A DNA stretch of 63,713 bases, counting the filler, from Reticulomyxa filosa (lineage: Eukaryota > Protista > Foraminifera), in assembly GCA_000512085.1 (NCBI GenBank). It is 21 parts of 21 records of this genome, joined end to end, with 100 filler letters (N's around TTAATTAATTAA, not from the genome) between each part and the next. Parts side by side here need not be neighbours in the genome. Positions count along the whole stretch, not along the records: positions 59,476 to 62,206 come from ASPP01007060.1; positions 62,307 to 63,713 come from ASPP01045674.1; 19 more parts are not named here. One strand, 5' to 3'. A model generated the notes under the pieces. That model was given only the letters and a program-made list of their open reading frames with translations. It searched no databases and had not been told where the DNA came from. Both the position numbers and the translations under genes were made by a program. This document shows, piece by piece, positions 62,136 to 63,713 of this stretch (position 1 is the stretch's first letter; each line of letters opens with the position of its first letter).

Positions 62136-63713
62136 TTTGTTTATTAACTTATTAAAATATAAATGAAATAAAACAAACTGATAATAATAATAATAATAAT
62201 AATAATNNNNNNNNNNNNNNNNNNNNNNNNNNNNNNNNNNNNNNNNNNNNTTAATTAATTAANNNNNNNNNNNNNNNNNNNNNNNNNNNNNNNNNNNNNN
62301 NNNNNNTCAGATTTAGAAAGGCTTATCATAATAAATTGCAAAATAGCATTTTACTTCTATCTAATGGTTTTATTTGCGGAAGTTGTTTGTTTGATTGAAT
62401 TTGGGGTATCCCATACAAACAAGAATTTAATCTCTTGTCGACTATGAAAAATGTTTTTGCACGAGTTTTTTTTTTAGAAAAAAAAATCTGACATTGTCAC
62501 TTCAAAGTAATAAAAGAAAAGAAAAATTTGGTATTGATAATGAAAAATAAAGAAACATTTATTACAAGTGTGAAGTTTAATTTAATTTAAAAACACATGT
62601 AAATAATTTTAATTATTTTATTTTAATCATTCCACTTTCTATTTTCCAAAATGATTAAATAATAACCTTTTTCAGATATTTGAGAAATCAATAAAAAGTA
62701 TACATTATCACCATCAATCAAAATTTTAATTCAATAATGTATTATTTGCAAATAATAAACACACAACAAAAAATCATATGCGGTGTCATAATTAATTAAC
62801 CAACAAAAAATAAACAACTATACAATACATTTTAAATTTAAATCCAATTTAATTTATTAATAAATTAAAAAATTTTCCAATTTTGATATTACCCTTTGGA
62901 GTACTTTGAATAAATTTGCTATCACTAACTATCAATCATTTCTCGCACATCTTTGACATGTTTATTTGCTTGAATAATTTCAATTTACACCTTTTTTAAC
63001 TGAACAAACAGTGTTCCTCCTTCTAAATCCACAAAAATCCATTGCACAGAGTTTAAAATTTTATTTTAATCTTGTATTTCCACTTGACAAATTTTTCTCT
63101 ATTCACGACATAAGATAATTAAAAATCGTGAAATTAAATGTTATTCAATATCACTAAATTAAAACATCCATTAAATGATGAAATTTAATTTATTGAATTT
63201 GTTGTTGATTCCGACATCATATACACGTAAAATTATCAATACTATTCACATAACCATTGTATTCAGTGAAGGTCTTGAGTATTTTAATAAAAACAAAACA
63301 TCTCAAAAATGAAAAGCTTGTTAGAGTCATCCTAATTTAATATGTAATATTCGGACCCTCATTCGATTGTATATTTATCTTCAAAAACAGAAAAAGGAAA
63401 ATTGATGAAAAAATATTGTTTTGATAATGCACCTTGTTGTTTTTTTTTACGTTATCTTGTCTTGATGTTCGATACTGTGCGAAAACTACAGTAAATTTGT
63501 AATGAAAAAACACAAGTTATTTTAATATTTGGATACAATTTTCATTCGTTATGCTTCGAATTATTTAAAAAATATTGAATGAAACTTTTTCAATTTTTTT
63601 TTAACAACAAAGTAAAACAAAACATATCTTTCAGTGCATGCATTCAATCAAATTAAACAAATTTAATATCGCCTTACACTTCTTTTAATCAAAATTTCAA
63701 AAAAAAACTCTTT

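Noticed and set aside
6046-62306. Recurrent TTAATTAATTAA as a biological repeat or CRISPR-like array
   Set aside because: It always sits inside N-runs in an identical 100-nt block; it is an artificial six-frame-stop linker.

Overview
This window is not one continuous locus. It is 21 short draft-assembly contigs joined by 20 artificial 100-nt spacers (N44-TTAATTAATTAA-N44), so adjacency across a spacer means nothing. Eighteen contigs are AT-rich eukaryotic DNA with short GT-AG introns. Their gene families and style suggest a foraminiferan such as Reticulomyxa (inference, not verified). Three GC-rich contigs are bacterial: Lrp/EamA/MHYT, a plasmid mobC-mobD-oriT region, and an RND efflux pair. 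Recognisable eukaryotic genes are MCM2, a myotubularin, a CAX exchanger, a Furry/Tao3-like scaffold, a PRP40/TCERG1-like WW-FF protein, a chromodomain protein, a class I heme peroxidase, FAH-like, Hsp70-like and kinesin-like proteins, plus two decayed LINE fragments. The most notable signals are: (1) a ~33-aa module (EI..IIxYWxRxLxIKxGWIxDFD) on its own phase-0 exon, used in three architectures (kelch-module, module-WD40, kelch-module-WD40), with two copies in inverted orientation next to a RING/coiled-coil/Gly-rich gene; (2) a very divergent Argonaute/PIWI-family gene with a degenerate catalytic tetrad; (3) several apparent pseudo-enzymes; (4) relaxed splice signals. Many single-base frameshifts fall in homopolymers and are probably sequencing errors. 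All protein assignments come from manual motif recognition, not database searches.
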